A stretch of 64,000 bases of DNA from positions 62,001 through 126,000 of the forward strand of contig CDROCS010006185.1 in assembly GCA_977020255.1 (NCBI GenBank). The letters run 5' to 3'. The translations under genes were made by a program, and so were the position numbers. Source of the DNA: Obrimoposthia wandeli. Lineage: Eukaryota. This document shows, piece by piece, positions 52,521 to 64,000 of the stretch. Numbering within the stretch: the stretch's first letter is position 1; every line of letters begins with the position of its first letter. A model generated the notes under the pieces. The model saw nothing but the letters and a program-made list of their open reading frames with translations. It was not told where the DNA came from and searched no databases.

Positions 52521-53314
52521 AGGTAACCGAAGCTTCACAGTGAGACAACAGAATGTGGGGATTCAAAATTTATATTATCAATTAGTAATCCCTTTGTAAG
52601 ATTAGGGAAAAAATTAAAATAAATAATACGCTTTTTTATAATAAAAATTTAACCTCAAAATATTCAAGTTTAGAAAAAATAAATTAAATAAAAATATGTT
52701 TTATTAAAAATGAATTAAATATGTTTTGTGAAATAAATGGAGACTTTAAAGGTATATGTATATAAAGAGGGAAATGTCAAAAAGCGCAACAAAGAAATTA
52801 GGAGTAAAAAAAAGATATTGTGCTATTTTTAGGTCAAAAAGAATTTAACGATCGTATACCGATCGACGCGATAACATACATTGTCATCATTGACAAGGAG
52901 TTACGATAGGACAGAACAGTAGTCGAAATGGTAAGACTATAAATACGAATTAATTTGACTAATAAACACAGAACGCTGAAACATCAGAGAATAGAACACG
53001 CAAAATCAATCTCATACAGAAGGCCAATTCAGTAGAAGTCAAATCCAACCAACGCCGGACGGAAGTAAAATCAAACTGCAAAGAGAGGTCAAAGCGAGCC
53101 GAAAAACTCTAATAGAAGAAACCGTGGATTTTTGGAGATCGTACTATACTCGATATTGCCAAGAAGCGACAACAGAAATCGGTGATGGCAAACGATAATA
53201 ACACACATTTGAACTTAACATAGTGTATTGACTGAACAGTAAAAGTTGTATTAATTAAATAAGAAAAAGTTTTAAACAAAATAAATTTGACTAAAAAAGT
53301 AAAGGTTACGAATT

Positions 53315-53434
53315 TAAAACGTATCAAAGATATTGTGCTTCAATTTATATTTCTTTAAACGTATCAAAGATATTGGGCTTCAATTTATATTTCTTTAAAC
53401 GTATCAAAGATATTGGGCTTCAATTTATATTTCT
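53315..53434. repeat. 40-bp tandem repeat x3
   Basis: GTATCAAAGA at 53321, 53361 and 53401. Confidence 0.95.
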
Positions 53435-53747
53435 TATTGTAGGTTCTAAAAGTCAAAATTATACTCCTGTTATTTTCATAATATAAAATTATGATGTCCT
53501 GATCGATATTTTCTATAATAACCTATCATATATATTGTCTGTATAATAAAATAAAAACCCCTTACTTTATAAAGTATAAAAACAATATTCAATAAAAATT
53601 GTATATATCTGTGTTTTTATTTACATAAAAAATAGTTCAAATTCAATGGGACACCCTCTAGTTAATGAAGTTTGAGTTATACAAAGTATTATTGTAAACG
53701 AAGTAAATTGAAGTAGTATTCTTGTTAATTAAATTGGTTTCATCCAT

Positions 53748-54268
53748 TGTAGTGTCACCCTGCTACGTGGGTATTGTAGTTTATTTAGTGTGTAAAACTT
53801 GTGTATTAATAAATCTAGTTTTCAAATTGCTTTTGGAAGATAAATTCAGTTAAAAGACTTAACCCGATCCGAAACTAGGATAATATAAGAGATTTACCAA
53901 GAACGGTTCACATAAGTTAGCCGAGAGTTAACCAATGAGACGGTAATCTACGCGGTGACACATTCAGAGGATTATCGTGGACGTCGATTGATACCGGCTT
54001 AGTTTGCCTATTTCTTGTCTTGGTTTTATCAGACCATTTTTTAAATTAAAATCTATATGGGTCTAACAGGCGTATTACATCATCCCTACACAACACATAG
54101 TTTTAGGGACCCTCGAGTTATGTTAAACACAGGCTCTATAATACAACACGACAATCATTCAGATATTGAGAATAGATAGGCCACATCCACCTGTAAGCTC
54201 TATCGCTACATAACTCACATTGGGGGCCTCCATACGACGATTCTAAGTTTCCAAAGAAAACCCCAACA
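53748..54268 (-). mobile_element. LTR-like family X, copy 3 (521-bp solo LTR)
   Basis: TGTTGGGG start, AATAAA, and ..GACACTACA end on the minus strand; no clean TSD. Confidence 0.7.
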
Positions 54269-54398
54269 CTTTTTTATATTTTAGTATTATTTTATATTTC
54301 CTTCCAGAAATTGAAAATCTAAATCATAAAAATAGTGTCGTACATAACTGAAATTCAACAAAAAATAAACAGACGAAATTCAAATATTTTATATTAAG

Positions 54399-54549
54399 TT
54401 ATATGATAATTTTCTTGTCTCCTAATTCTTCATCCGATGGAAGTTGGATCCGATCAATAGGTATTAAGTTGGGATCGATAAGAGGAAGTCCGTTGAGCTC
54501 CCGTCGCCTCAACTCTAAGTAGGCTTCTCGAAGAGACCACTCCCTTTCA
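54399..54549 (-). CDS. NDUFB11: NDUFB11 exon 3 (stop 54399-54401)
   Basis: EREWSLREAYLELRRRELNGLPLIDPNLIPIDRIQLPSDEELGDKKIII* is a typical NDUFB11 C-terminus; the assembled protein is 159 aa. Confidence 0.93.
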
Positions 54550-54620
54550 CTGAAATATAATGTAGATATAACACATACTCACAAAGTAAATACATGCAAC
54601 AGAAATCAGATATTTTGTGT

Positions 54621-55710
54621 TAGTCAACCCTCGATAATCCAGAAAAAATTAGACCATAGTGAATATTTAGTTTCAAATCAATGCAAATCTGTTTCATTAA
54701 TCCGAACACCGTAATCCGAAAGAAAAAATTTATTTATGTCCTTTGTAAAAAAAAATTTCGGATTATAAATATTTTTATTTACATTTTTTTAAAATATTTT
54801 TGAATTATAGATTTAATCATTAATTTGAAAAGAAAATGGAATCGATTTGGATATTTTTACAATATCAGACATCCTAAAGAATTTTGAAAAATGACTGAAT
54901 TATGAAGGAATAACAAGAGTAAGTAATCTGAAATTTGCTCTCACAGCTTGGATTGGATTAATGAATGCTAATGGCTTTATAAATGACGAGATTATCATTG
55001 AAAAGGCAAAATATTTTTCTAACAAATTATATATTAGTTTGTTTGCTTATTCAAATGGCTCGCTACATCGCTTTAAGTGTCGTCATCATCTCAAGAAAAT
55101 AATTCTTTATGGTGAAGCAAATTCTACTTCCATTGAATATGTTCAATCTGGAAAAAAGAAAATGTTAGACATGTTAAATGGTATTGATCCAGACACTATA
55201 TTAAACATGGATGAGATGGGTTTATTCTATCAAGTATTGCCGTCACACTCCATATCTGATAAGAACAGAAAGGGTATAAAAATTACCAAAAAAGAATAAC
55301 TGTAGCTCTATGTGCAAACACAAGTGGAACGATAAAGGTATTTATTATAGGTCACTCAAATATTCAACTTATTTCTTCGGATAAAACTAGAGAAATTTGT
55401 GATGATGTCGTTGGCAATGACAATATTGTTGAAGCTGGAGTTCCTGTCAAAGATGTGCACAATGCAATAGAACTTATTGTCAATTATTTAAATCAAATAA
55501 AGTTTTAGTAAGATCTTATCCAGATCGAAGAAACCATTTGACCGAAATGAAAGAAAATATTGAAGAATTACATTCAAATACTTGAGACAAACTACATTGA
55601 ATGATTTTGTTGAAAATATGTGCATATATGCATCTTTTAATTTTCAGAAAAACCCTGCAATCCGAAACTAATGAAATTTTTACAAGTTCGGATTACCGGG
55701 GTTTTACTCT
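54621..55710 (+). mobile_element. Tigger/pogo (CENP-B-like) element, internally deleted, in NDUFB11 intron 2
   Basis: SNGSLHRFKCRH..YGEA..ILNMDEMGLFY..LP..KGIK; imperfect TIRs AGTCAACCCTCGATAATCC / GGATTACCGGGGTTTTACT. Confidence 0.85.
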
Positions 55711-56189
55711 AAGATTCAATGGATACTGTTTGTCGATTTTTGAACCAATTAGTTGGCGTTATTTTTCAGTCTCAGAATAATTCATTCTTGTGCTAACTGC
55801 TGACTGATCTATTTGGTAAACCCTTATTCAAAATGTGTACTTAATTTTTATACAGTTCCTTTTTTGTTATCAAAATGACAAACGCATAACATGGTTGTTC
55901 AAAATAAAGACGTATTGAAATATTTCAATTACATATTCAAATACTATTTGCAAATGTTTGGTGAGCTATTGAATGCAATTTGAAGTTAAGTTACTAAAAC
56001 ATTACTAATTAAATTAGTAAACACTTATGAATCGCATTTTTCTGTTTGTACGTCATGTAAAAATAAATTATGTATTAAGGGAAAGTAGCTATGTAAACTT
56101 GTACAATTAAATATATCGAAAATTATGACAAAATATAAGTTTTATTGGAATCTTCTTAAATAATATATTTCATTTAAATTTAAACTCAC

Positions 56190-56323
56190 TATTGAGGTGG
56201 CGTATAAACCAGTATAAATATTACAGAACACATTAAAAATGACACTAAAGTAAGATTCACCACTGAAAATTTATACGTATCTTCATATTTATCTACAATA
56301 TCTCCTCCTAACGAATACCATCC
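56190..56323 (-). CDS. NDUFB11: NDUFB11 exon 2 (TM helix)
   Basis: GWYSLGGDIVDKYED...TM...VYTPPQ matches invertebrate 'NWVSYGFDxxDxxED...YLPD'; donor GTGAGT. Confidence 0.88.
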
Positions 56324-56371
56324 CTATCAATAGTTAAAATTAAGGTTGAATATTAGTTTTGTAAAATATAC

Positions 56372-56566
56372 TTTTGTTTTTTCTGCTACTACTGCTTCAA
56401 TTTCTTTCTTCTTTTCTTCAGAAATACTGTTAAACCTTTTGACAAAACTTGGCCCATCACAATATGATGCTGAAGTACTAATATTAATATGTTTTACTAA
56501 AATTTGAGTAAAATATTTTTGACGAGAAACATATTTTACAGAATTACAAAATCTCGCCAACGACAT
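56372..56566 (-). CDS. NDUFB11: NDUFB11 (complex I ESSS subunit) exon 1 with mitochondrial-presequence-like N-terminus
   Basis: MSLARFCNSVKYVSRQKYF... is basic and hydroxyl-rich; GTATAT donor, 48-bp intron, phase 0. Confidence 0.85.
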
Positions 56567-57877
56567 GATAAATAGGTTTGGTTAAATAGCTTATATAAAC
56601 GAAAATGTTTTTAATGTCACTTTTTTATTTGCATAGTCTTAGTAACATATTGTGTTAAATTTATAAATCTATCTTTATATAATTTTGCTATTTGTTTTAA
56701 AATCTAAATTCTATTGTATATATTGTATTTTTTGATAGTAATGCAGTTGTGTGTAACAATCAGTAATGAAAAGTCAGTTGAAGGAGAAAAGAAACCAGTT
56801 ACATGAGATTGTTGAGAACCAAAGAAAACAACAACTGTTTCTTTAGCATAACTGGTATTAACTTTGTTGAACGTAGTTATTTTTTTTATGAATGGTCAGC
56901 AAAAATAGTTTCTTTCTAAGTATAATTATGAAAGATGAAAAAGATTTGGAAATATTTGTGAATTTACAAATGCAAGACGAACCATGTAACCAAATGTACG
57001 TATTTAATTTGTAGTTTTGTGACAAACAACATCAAAATTCAATGTAAAACAGAATAAATTGAAGATTGACAATACATAAGATGGTGTTAGCATGCAGCAA
57101 ATATAAAAGAAGTAATTAAACAGTGTATTTATAGAAAAGGAATAAGAATAACCTTAGAATTTAATTAAAAGTACCACATGTTAAATGTAATTACAAAATA
57201 AAAGCAATAAATTTATTGTGACTTTAGCAATAAGACCAATGTTAATGAATCAAAAAGCCTGAACATTTTAAATCTACTAGCACCATCGAAAGCAAAGTCA
57301 GCATTGATCAAAGGTGAATTGGTATCTAGACTAGCTGACGTAAACAAAGGAAATCGGAGTGACTTTGGAACAAATTGACAGTCTCAATAGTCGTCGAAAA
57401 CGAGTCAAAACATATTGTCAGAATTAAGTAGTGCATTTACAAATAAATGAACAATTGCTCAGCCGACATCGAATCAAACATACCAACTGAGGACAAATTG
57501 GAAACCGATTGAGATAAACCAGCAGATATAATCCGATTCACAAAACCAAAAATCAGGACATCCAGATCAAGAAGAAGTAGTGTGACCAGACACTCATGGA
57601 CATCAGATTATCATCGAACTATTGGAATCAAAGGAACAAGTCGAGCAAGAGACGCCAGTGAACAATTGGATATCAGATATAGCAGTTAATCGTAAGAAAT
57701 ATAATATTTAATTTGATTTTATCAGTTTAAAGCAGTATAATATGAAGTTTTTAGTAAAAAATAACTGAAATAAACTGTTGCAATAATTAACCCCCGATGA
57801 ATTAAATCGCTAGTTATAGTCATAATTACAAATTGTCCTATGTGGACCAAAGTAGTTCAGAAGTTCACCAGAACTCC

Positions 57878-58475
57878 TTTAGTGTCACTACTAAATTACA
57901 AATAGTTATTCTAAACTATTTTTATTGTGTAATCATCTGTCTGTTACGAAATAAATTGATTCGCTTATTTTAGACTAATAGCCAACATGTACTTAAGGAT
58001 AGTGAAATAAAATGAGTACTCTTATAAATACTAGCACTTCACTTTGTCTCTCAACCGAAAATCAAATTAAATAATATATTCAGTCAAACTTTAGTAAGAG
58101 TAAACTACAACTTTATAGAAGAGCCTAGATACAACCTGTGCGAATCATACTTGTACCGTGCATCGAAAATCTCACTTCGTATCAGAGTTGTCCGTATCGT
58201 AACTTAATAATTTTTCTTGTCTAGACTCAGTCAGACTATTTTTGAAACTAACTTAATAAGTGGTCTAACCGGATATAGACTAGTCCTACTTACACCACAT
58301 TAATTTAGTGGAATATTTATGATAACTTGCACATAACCTTTCACACAGCATAAATACACCTTCAGATTTTATTAATCTAGGTAGGTCACAAAAATACCTA
58401 AGTCCTATCTCTATAGAACTCCAGTTCGGGGCCTCTATAAGAGGATTCTAAATGAGAATTCTTAGATACCCCCAC
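57878..58475 (-). mobile_element. LTR-like family X, copy 4
   Basis: Minus strand TGTGGGG start, TTAGAATCCTC..AGAGGCCCC..GTGACCTACC..ATCTGAAGG; the end is inferred from a GTGACACTA motif. Confidence 0.55.
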
Positions 58476-60063
58476 AATGATAATGTGAATGTAATATTAT
58501 ATGAGACTATTAAATGGTTATGTCCACTTGATCTGAAGAATAACAATTTTTGTAAAACAAAGCTGATTTTAAAAGGCATAAAAACTCATTCATAGGTACA
58601 GAAAAAATTGGAACAAAAGCATTTACGATGTCAAATATGTAGGGATTTCAGTTTTACGTTATGAAAATAATATCTAATAGCATATGCTTATTAATGTGAA
58701 CCTTCTTAACACTATTATAACTAGTTATAACAATGAAATGTGTTTGAATTATCATGAATTTTAATCTATATCATTTTTGTTTAACTTTATTCTGGGCCTC
58801 GTTAAAATCAGTAAATAATTTTAAAAATTCATTAATTTTAATCAAAAACCTTTTTTTGAAATAGATTTTACACGATTTTTGTACAAAATAATTCAGACTA
58901 TATATTTAAAGATAGATATCTAAAACTGAATAATTTGATTCAACATTAAATAATTTATTAATTAAAGATCATTTATAAAAAATGTTAATTTTAGTAATTA
59001 ATTTGCAAATTAATGGAACTTTTTAAGAAAATAACTTTTTATTGAAAAATTGAATTTCGACAAAAGACATACCATGAAATATCCAAAAATACCTTTGAAT
59101 TGATCAATATCAGATGTTAAGATTTCCTTATTCTTTTTATTTACGTTTTCTTTGATACTTTCACAGGATTCATAACACGTATAATTTCATGCCTTTTAAT
59201 ATAATAGAAAGTCTTTCCAGATAATAAAAATTTCGTACCAAACTTAGAACATGATCCATTATAAAATAAAGAAACTAATTAAAATAACAATGTTTATATA
59301 CAAATATATATTTAAACAAGATACAAATATTATGAAACGAAATTAAAAAAATAAAACTGTTTGAAATTTATTACTTGAATACATATAGAAATATACAGAT
59401 AAAAGAAATATGGTAAAAATAGAGTAACATAGAAAGAAAGAAATACTCAAAATATAGGATTGTGAGTGTGTTCAATTTTCCTCATAAGTAGCTTTGTTCC
59501 AATTTCATTCTTCTTGTAACTATAGAGTTAAATTGTTACAGTCCATTGGTTCTTTTTCGGAAAAGCATCAACATCTAATTCTCTTCCTTATTCATATAAA
59601 AATGCTACATCGGCTCCTTGGATATAAAATTCGTTTTAACTGAATATAAAACTTGGAATGCTTTGTCAACTTTCGGTTTTAAGATATCGAAAATCTGGTT
59701 TTTGAATATTTGATAAATAATAGCTAAACTTCTTCTTTCAATTGTCACAGGATTTACTAATACAATTAGTTGAGCCTTTTTCCATAACCTGACTTTGTAT
59801 TTGAAATATTATTTCACTGCTTCATACATATTCTTATCCGAATCTTCAAACATTTCTAAATCTTCATAATCACTCAATATTTGTTTGCTATCTTCCATCA
59901 TTGTCTTTGATTTGAAAGTATTTTTAATGATTTATTTTCCAATGGAACATTCTTTTATACTAATTTGTAACAAAGTAATATATCTAATTGGTTAATATAA
60001 CTAAACTATTGGATTTGATTTGACTAAATACATTTAAAAAATTTAAATTGATTATATGTTATA

Positions 60064-60665
60064 TTTCAAGCATCCAATTATAATATGTTTGCAAGATATT
60101 TACAAGAAATGTGCAATAAAATGGCAAGTTCAGACCTATATAAAGAAATATTTACAGAAAACAATTTTAGTCTAATGAAACTCAAAAATATAAATTATAA
60201 AGGAAGAATAGGATATGATATTTTGCACTTCCCCTTCAATGAGTGGAAGCGGATATAATATGTTAACAAAGTTTGATTATTTCACAGTTATTATTTTTTA
60301 TTTTATTTTGATATTAAAATCTTCTAGAAAATTGTTGTGTTATAGAATGCAAAATACCGTTAAATGAGATAAATCTGCCATTTGGAATTATAATCAGCAC
60401 CATACAATCAATCATAGTTTTAAGAAATCTCAGAAAACCAAAAAATCTATATAAAATTACCGAAAATATTAAAGAGGAATGCATATTTAAACTTGAAAAT
60501 TTTCCAGCACTTATAAATTTGAAGTTTACACTACTACGGATAAATGTATTTTTTAGTGATAAAGTAATGCTATTGGGATTGCGAAATTTGAATAATCACT
60601 ACACCATTGAATCGATTTTACAAAATATATTTTTTAATATTTTTTATCTTTTCGATAAACTATAA
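60064..60665 (+). pseudogene. Decayed, divergent TBP-like (TATA-binding protein fold) reading frame
   Basis: Stop-free frame 60318-60665: IIISTIQSI...PKNLYKI...CIFKLENFPALINLKF..RINVFFSDKVMLLGLRN, aligned by eye to the TBP second repeat (FKIQNIVGS..PIRLEGL..SYEPELFPGLIYRM..LLIFVSGKVVLTGAK). The first repeat is only a broken trace. Confidence 0.45.
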
Positions 60666-61588
60666 ACAAACCCATTGAAATAAACAAACTTTTTCAAATG
60701 AATAATACTTTAAACACTGCTTATGAAGTGGAACGTTTTGTTGACCATTTTTTTTCTGAAAAATTAAGGGAAAACAAATTTTATTTGAATTAAAAAATAT
60801 TGATACTACGAAAGATAATATTGAGACAAAATTGGCTCGTCGTCTACAAGTTATTTGAATTTCTCATGCTCTACTATCGTCACCTCAGCAGTTGCGAGTA
60901 TGTTGGTGGTTACATTCCTCTTCTTTGGCCTGTGCACCACCGTACACTGCTTACCTCTTGGTGCAATAAGAGCAGCTTCACCCATAAATTCATCCAGTAG
61001 CTGTATCTGATTTAGTTCCTGCAATAATAAAACATCATCAATAACTTTTTATATAGAAACATATTCGGCAATTTCTCTTGCTTCGCCAACACAAATTTCT
61101 TGCTTTTGTTGGGGTTTCTATACGAAACTTGGTATAGAGCCTCTTGACTGTGCGGAGGGCCCCAACGTGAGTTCGATTAGAAGCAGGTCTTAAAGTTGGT
61201 CGTGGCCTACTTAGTGTTATGGTTGCCTAATCTCTTGTACTATCTGAAGGTATTTGATTTGATGTCTCTTAGTCTGAAGGGTGTAAAAACAACTTGTTCT
61301 AATGTAGGAAATTGTTTATTCGAAATTCACGTAACTAACACAACAATACGTTTACGTACGTATTTCTAAAAAGTATGATAAAATTCCTAAAGGACTTCTG
61401 TGAGTCTACAAGAAGTGGGGATGAACCACGTATCGATTTTACGTTCAGGTGATTTAGTTTCTTAGGTTTGTTCTTCTTACTAGGTTGGTTAATCTATAAC
61501 GCAACTCTCTTAAATTTCTTCGCTCCTACTTCTTATCTCTAGCTAAAGTTTCTTGGTTCCTTACTCTATCTGTGTGTGTTTGACCCGA

Positions 61589-62017
61589 ATTGTCTACTGT
61601 AAACAATGGATCTCCTAAAAACCTAATTGTCAAGATGACAATGAAAACTTACTCCTAATTGTCAACTACGGACAATGAACGAACCGAATTGTCAGCTAGG
61701 GACAATGAGTCTTACCGAATTGTCTACTAGGGACAATGAATATTTATCCGAATTGCCAACTAGGGGCAATGAATGAACCTAATTGTCAGCTAGGGACAAT
61801 GAATCTTACGGGTAAAACGTCTGGGTAGGATTCCTAATTGTCGCTGGGGACAATGAATAAATGTCCGATCTTAATTACCAACTAGGGGCAATGATTGTGT
61901 TAAGGAGTCGAGTTGTCCTAATTGCCAGCTAGGGGCAATGAATTTGTGTATTAATTTAAAATGTAGAATTACCAACAAGGGGTAATGACAGTATCCTAAT
62001 TGCCAACTAGGGGCAAT
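61589..62017. repeat. Array of 12 short palindromes (6-bp stem, 5-7-nt loop) with variable spacers
   Basis: ATTGTC-N7-GACAAT, ATTGCC-N7-GGCAAT and ATTACC-N7-GGTAAT, read directly. Confidence 0.92.
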
Positions 62018-62133
62018 GAATCGTCTAGTTTGTTTTCTTACCAGTTACTCGAGTTTCCGGCACAGGATCCGTAGGGTCTTTCGGAATCGTCACTTGCACG
62101 TTAGCTTGAATCCGGATTGACTGAACTCTGTGG

Positions 62134-62835
62134 CTTTAATACGAACTGATCTCTTTGACTTTAATACGAATTGATTTCTTTGACTTTAATACGAATTGAT
62201 TTCTTTGACTTTAATACGAATTGATTTCTTTGACTTTAATACGAATTGATTTCTTTGACTTTAATACGAATTGATCTCTTTGACTTTAATACGAATTGAT
62301 CTCTTTGACTTTAATACGAATTGATCTCTTTGACTTTAATACGAATTGATTTCTTTGACTTTAATACGAATTGATCTCTTTGACTTTAATACGAATTGAT
62401 CTCTTTGACTTTAATACGAATTGATCTCTTTGACTTTAATACGAATTGGTTTAACTTCTTGTCAATTCTAAATTATTTTAATTTAGTTTAATTTTCAGCT
62501 TTTACTTACTGGCTTTTATTTACTTTAATACGAATTGATTTCTTTGACTTTAATACGAATTGATCTCTTTGACTTTAATACGAATTGATCTCTTTGACTT
62601 TAATACGAATTGATCTCTTTGACTTTAATACGAATTGATTTCTTTGACTTTAATACGAATTGATCTCTTTGACTTTAATACGAATTGATTTCTTTGACTT
62701 TAATACGAATTGATCTCTTTGACTTTAATACGAATTGATCTCTTTGACTTTAATACGAATTGGTTTAACTTCTTGTCAATTCTAAATTATTTTAATTTAG
62801 TTTAATTTTCAACTTTTACTTACTGGCTTTTATTT
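62134..62835. repeat. 25-bp minisatellite in two blocks, each followed by the same ~75-bp spacer
   Basis: CTTTAATACGAATTGAT(C/T)TCTTTGA; ~12 copies at 62134-62447 and ~9-10 copies at 62523-62760. Confidence 0.95.
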
Positions 62836-63615
62836 TCTCGGAAATTTAGCTTTTCTGCCGGGCCACTTTGTTGCAACTTGGTTTATGAGTCAACTACTTA
62901 TATACTCGCTATGGGTTGTCTGTCAGCAAGATTGGACAGCTGATCTTATAGTTACTGAGTCGGGGATCTGTCACTCAATGGACAGCTGATTTTACTCTGG
63001 AAGTTTCTTCTTGAGATCTAAAAAATCAATAAATTCTATTGCACTTACAATGTGCTTACCTCGACGTCTCTTGATTGACGTGACTAATTAATCTCCTAAT
63101 TTAATGGCTTCTCCTTAATTAATCTTAACAGTTGTTCGTTTTGGGTTAATTAATTTTAACTTTTATACATTTTCGCATAATACACGACCTTCGTGGTCCT
63201 CCTAATTTTACCCTAAATTCCACTAATTTTAATTCTAAAACTTAAATTAATATTTTAATTTAATTTTCGACCTTGCTTTCAAGGATTTTTATTTTAGTAT
63301 TTAATCGACTAAAATATTTAATTTTCTTAATTCTCAACCTTAACATACCTCGGGGGTTCCAAAAAAGTTACGTCCCCGGAACGTATCGATTTTACTTAAA
63401 TAAGCCTTTGGCTGTTGATTTTAGGTTCATCCCTACAAAATCAATCATTCAACTTCAACAAACATGCCCAAAAAAAATTTTCCAAAACTTGGTTTTTTAG
63501 TGGGAAATTATAATGCATAAGTTGGAACATGTCTCAATTTATACATTATTACTATATGACAACTAAAATTTACATACAAGATTACAGATTAGGAAGGAAA
63601 GAAGGGAGGAAAGTA

Positions 63616-64000
63616 TCAGTTTTCGTATGTCAGGTCAATTGTTATTGTCGGCTGGTTCCGACTGGTCAGGTAGCGTAGAACCTGCTCCAGGGGAAGGTCG
63701 GGAAAGGACGGACTGTCCCCGTTGTACAAGTGGAGTTGTTGGCTCCGGGTTAAATGTGGGCTGTCGATGAACAGGTCGAATTGCTGCCCGTTCATGGCAT
63801 GGCTTTCAATCCAGTGCCGTCTGGCCTGGAACCACGAGTGGCAGTCTCGACTAGACCGCCATCTCTCGCGGACGCCCAGTTGTGTGTCGCGCCGGCGTGC
63901 GAGACACACGTAGCATTGGCAATGTATGCCACCAATGCAGCTGGCAGGCGATCGGGTGCCCTTGTGTCTTCCGCGGCTCTGGAGTGTCCATTTGGCGAAG
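63616..64000 (-). CDS. Unidentified GC-rich ORF C-terminus, open to the right edge
   Basis: No stop in frame from 63999 to TGA at 63616 (~127 codons): ...SCIGGIHCQCYVCLARRR...QPTITIDLTYEN*; no family recognised. Confidence 0.4.
   Translation of the reverse strand, partial: FAKWTLQSRGRHKGTRSPASCIGGIHCQCYVCLARRRDTQLGVRERWRSSRDCHSWFQARRHWIESHAMNGQQFDLFIDSPHLTRSQQLHLYNGDSPSFPDLPLEQVLRYLTSRNQPTITIDLTYEN

Larger units (their letters stand above)
61107..63437 (+). mobile_element. LTR-like family X, copy 5, expanded by tandem arrays
   Basis: TGTTGGGGTTTCT start with the shared core motifs; contains hairpin and 25-bp arrays; right boundary (CCCTACA) is tentative. Confidence 0.55.

Noticed and set aside
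56327-56566. Glutaredoxin-5 N-terminus
   Set aside because: The spliced downstream exons give NDUFB11 motifs; there is no CGFS motif.
61589-62017. CRISPR array (palindromic repeats with variable spacers)
   Set aside because: Eukaryotic context, no cas genes, and spacers are irregular, mostly too short and partly similar to each other.

Overview
AT-rich eukaryotic (metazoan-like) genomic DNA with GT-AG spliceosomal introns; the species cannot be determined from the sequence. Three host genes can be built exon by exon with consistent splice phases. (1) An MTMR3/4-like myotubularin phosphatase (-, 8 exons at 26252-151, continuing past the left edge), with 36-40 bp introns next to a 22,648-bp intron. 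(2) An ES1/GATD3 (DJ-1/ElbB family) gene (+, ~34.7-43.8 kb). (3) Complex I subunit NDUFB11 (-, 56566-54399). The rest is a dense graveyard of internally deleted transposons (Tc1/mariner, pogo/Tigger, hAT, piggyBac, Gypsy, BEL/Pao, and five copies of one LTR-like family). Most notable: an 11.4-kb foldback-type element (7383-18798) whose inverted arms and loop are built from two satellites; two deletion-riddled PSMD7/Rpn8 relics and a calreticulin fragment lacking most of the P-domain; a decayed cluster of intronless ORFs at 58.5-61 kb that includes a divergent TBP-like frame, possibly viral; and a 12-copy hairpin array with compensatory stem changes at 61.6-62.0 kb. All protein assignments are by-eye motif matches; no database search was run. 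No tRNA/rRNA genes or CRISPR arrays are supported.
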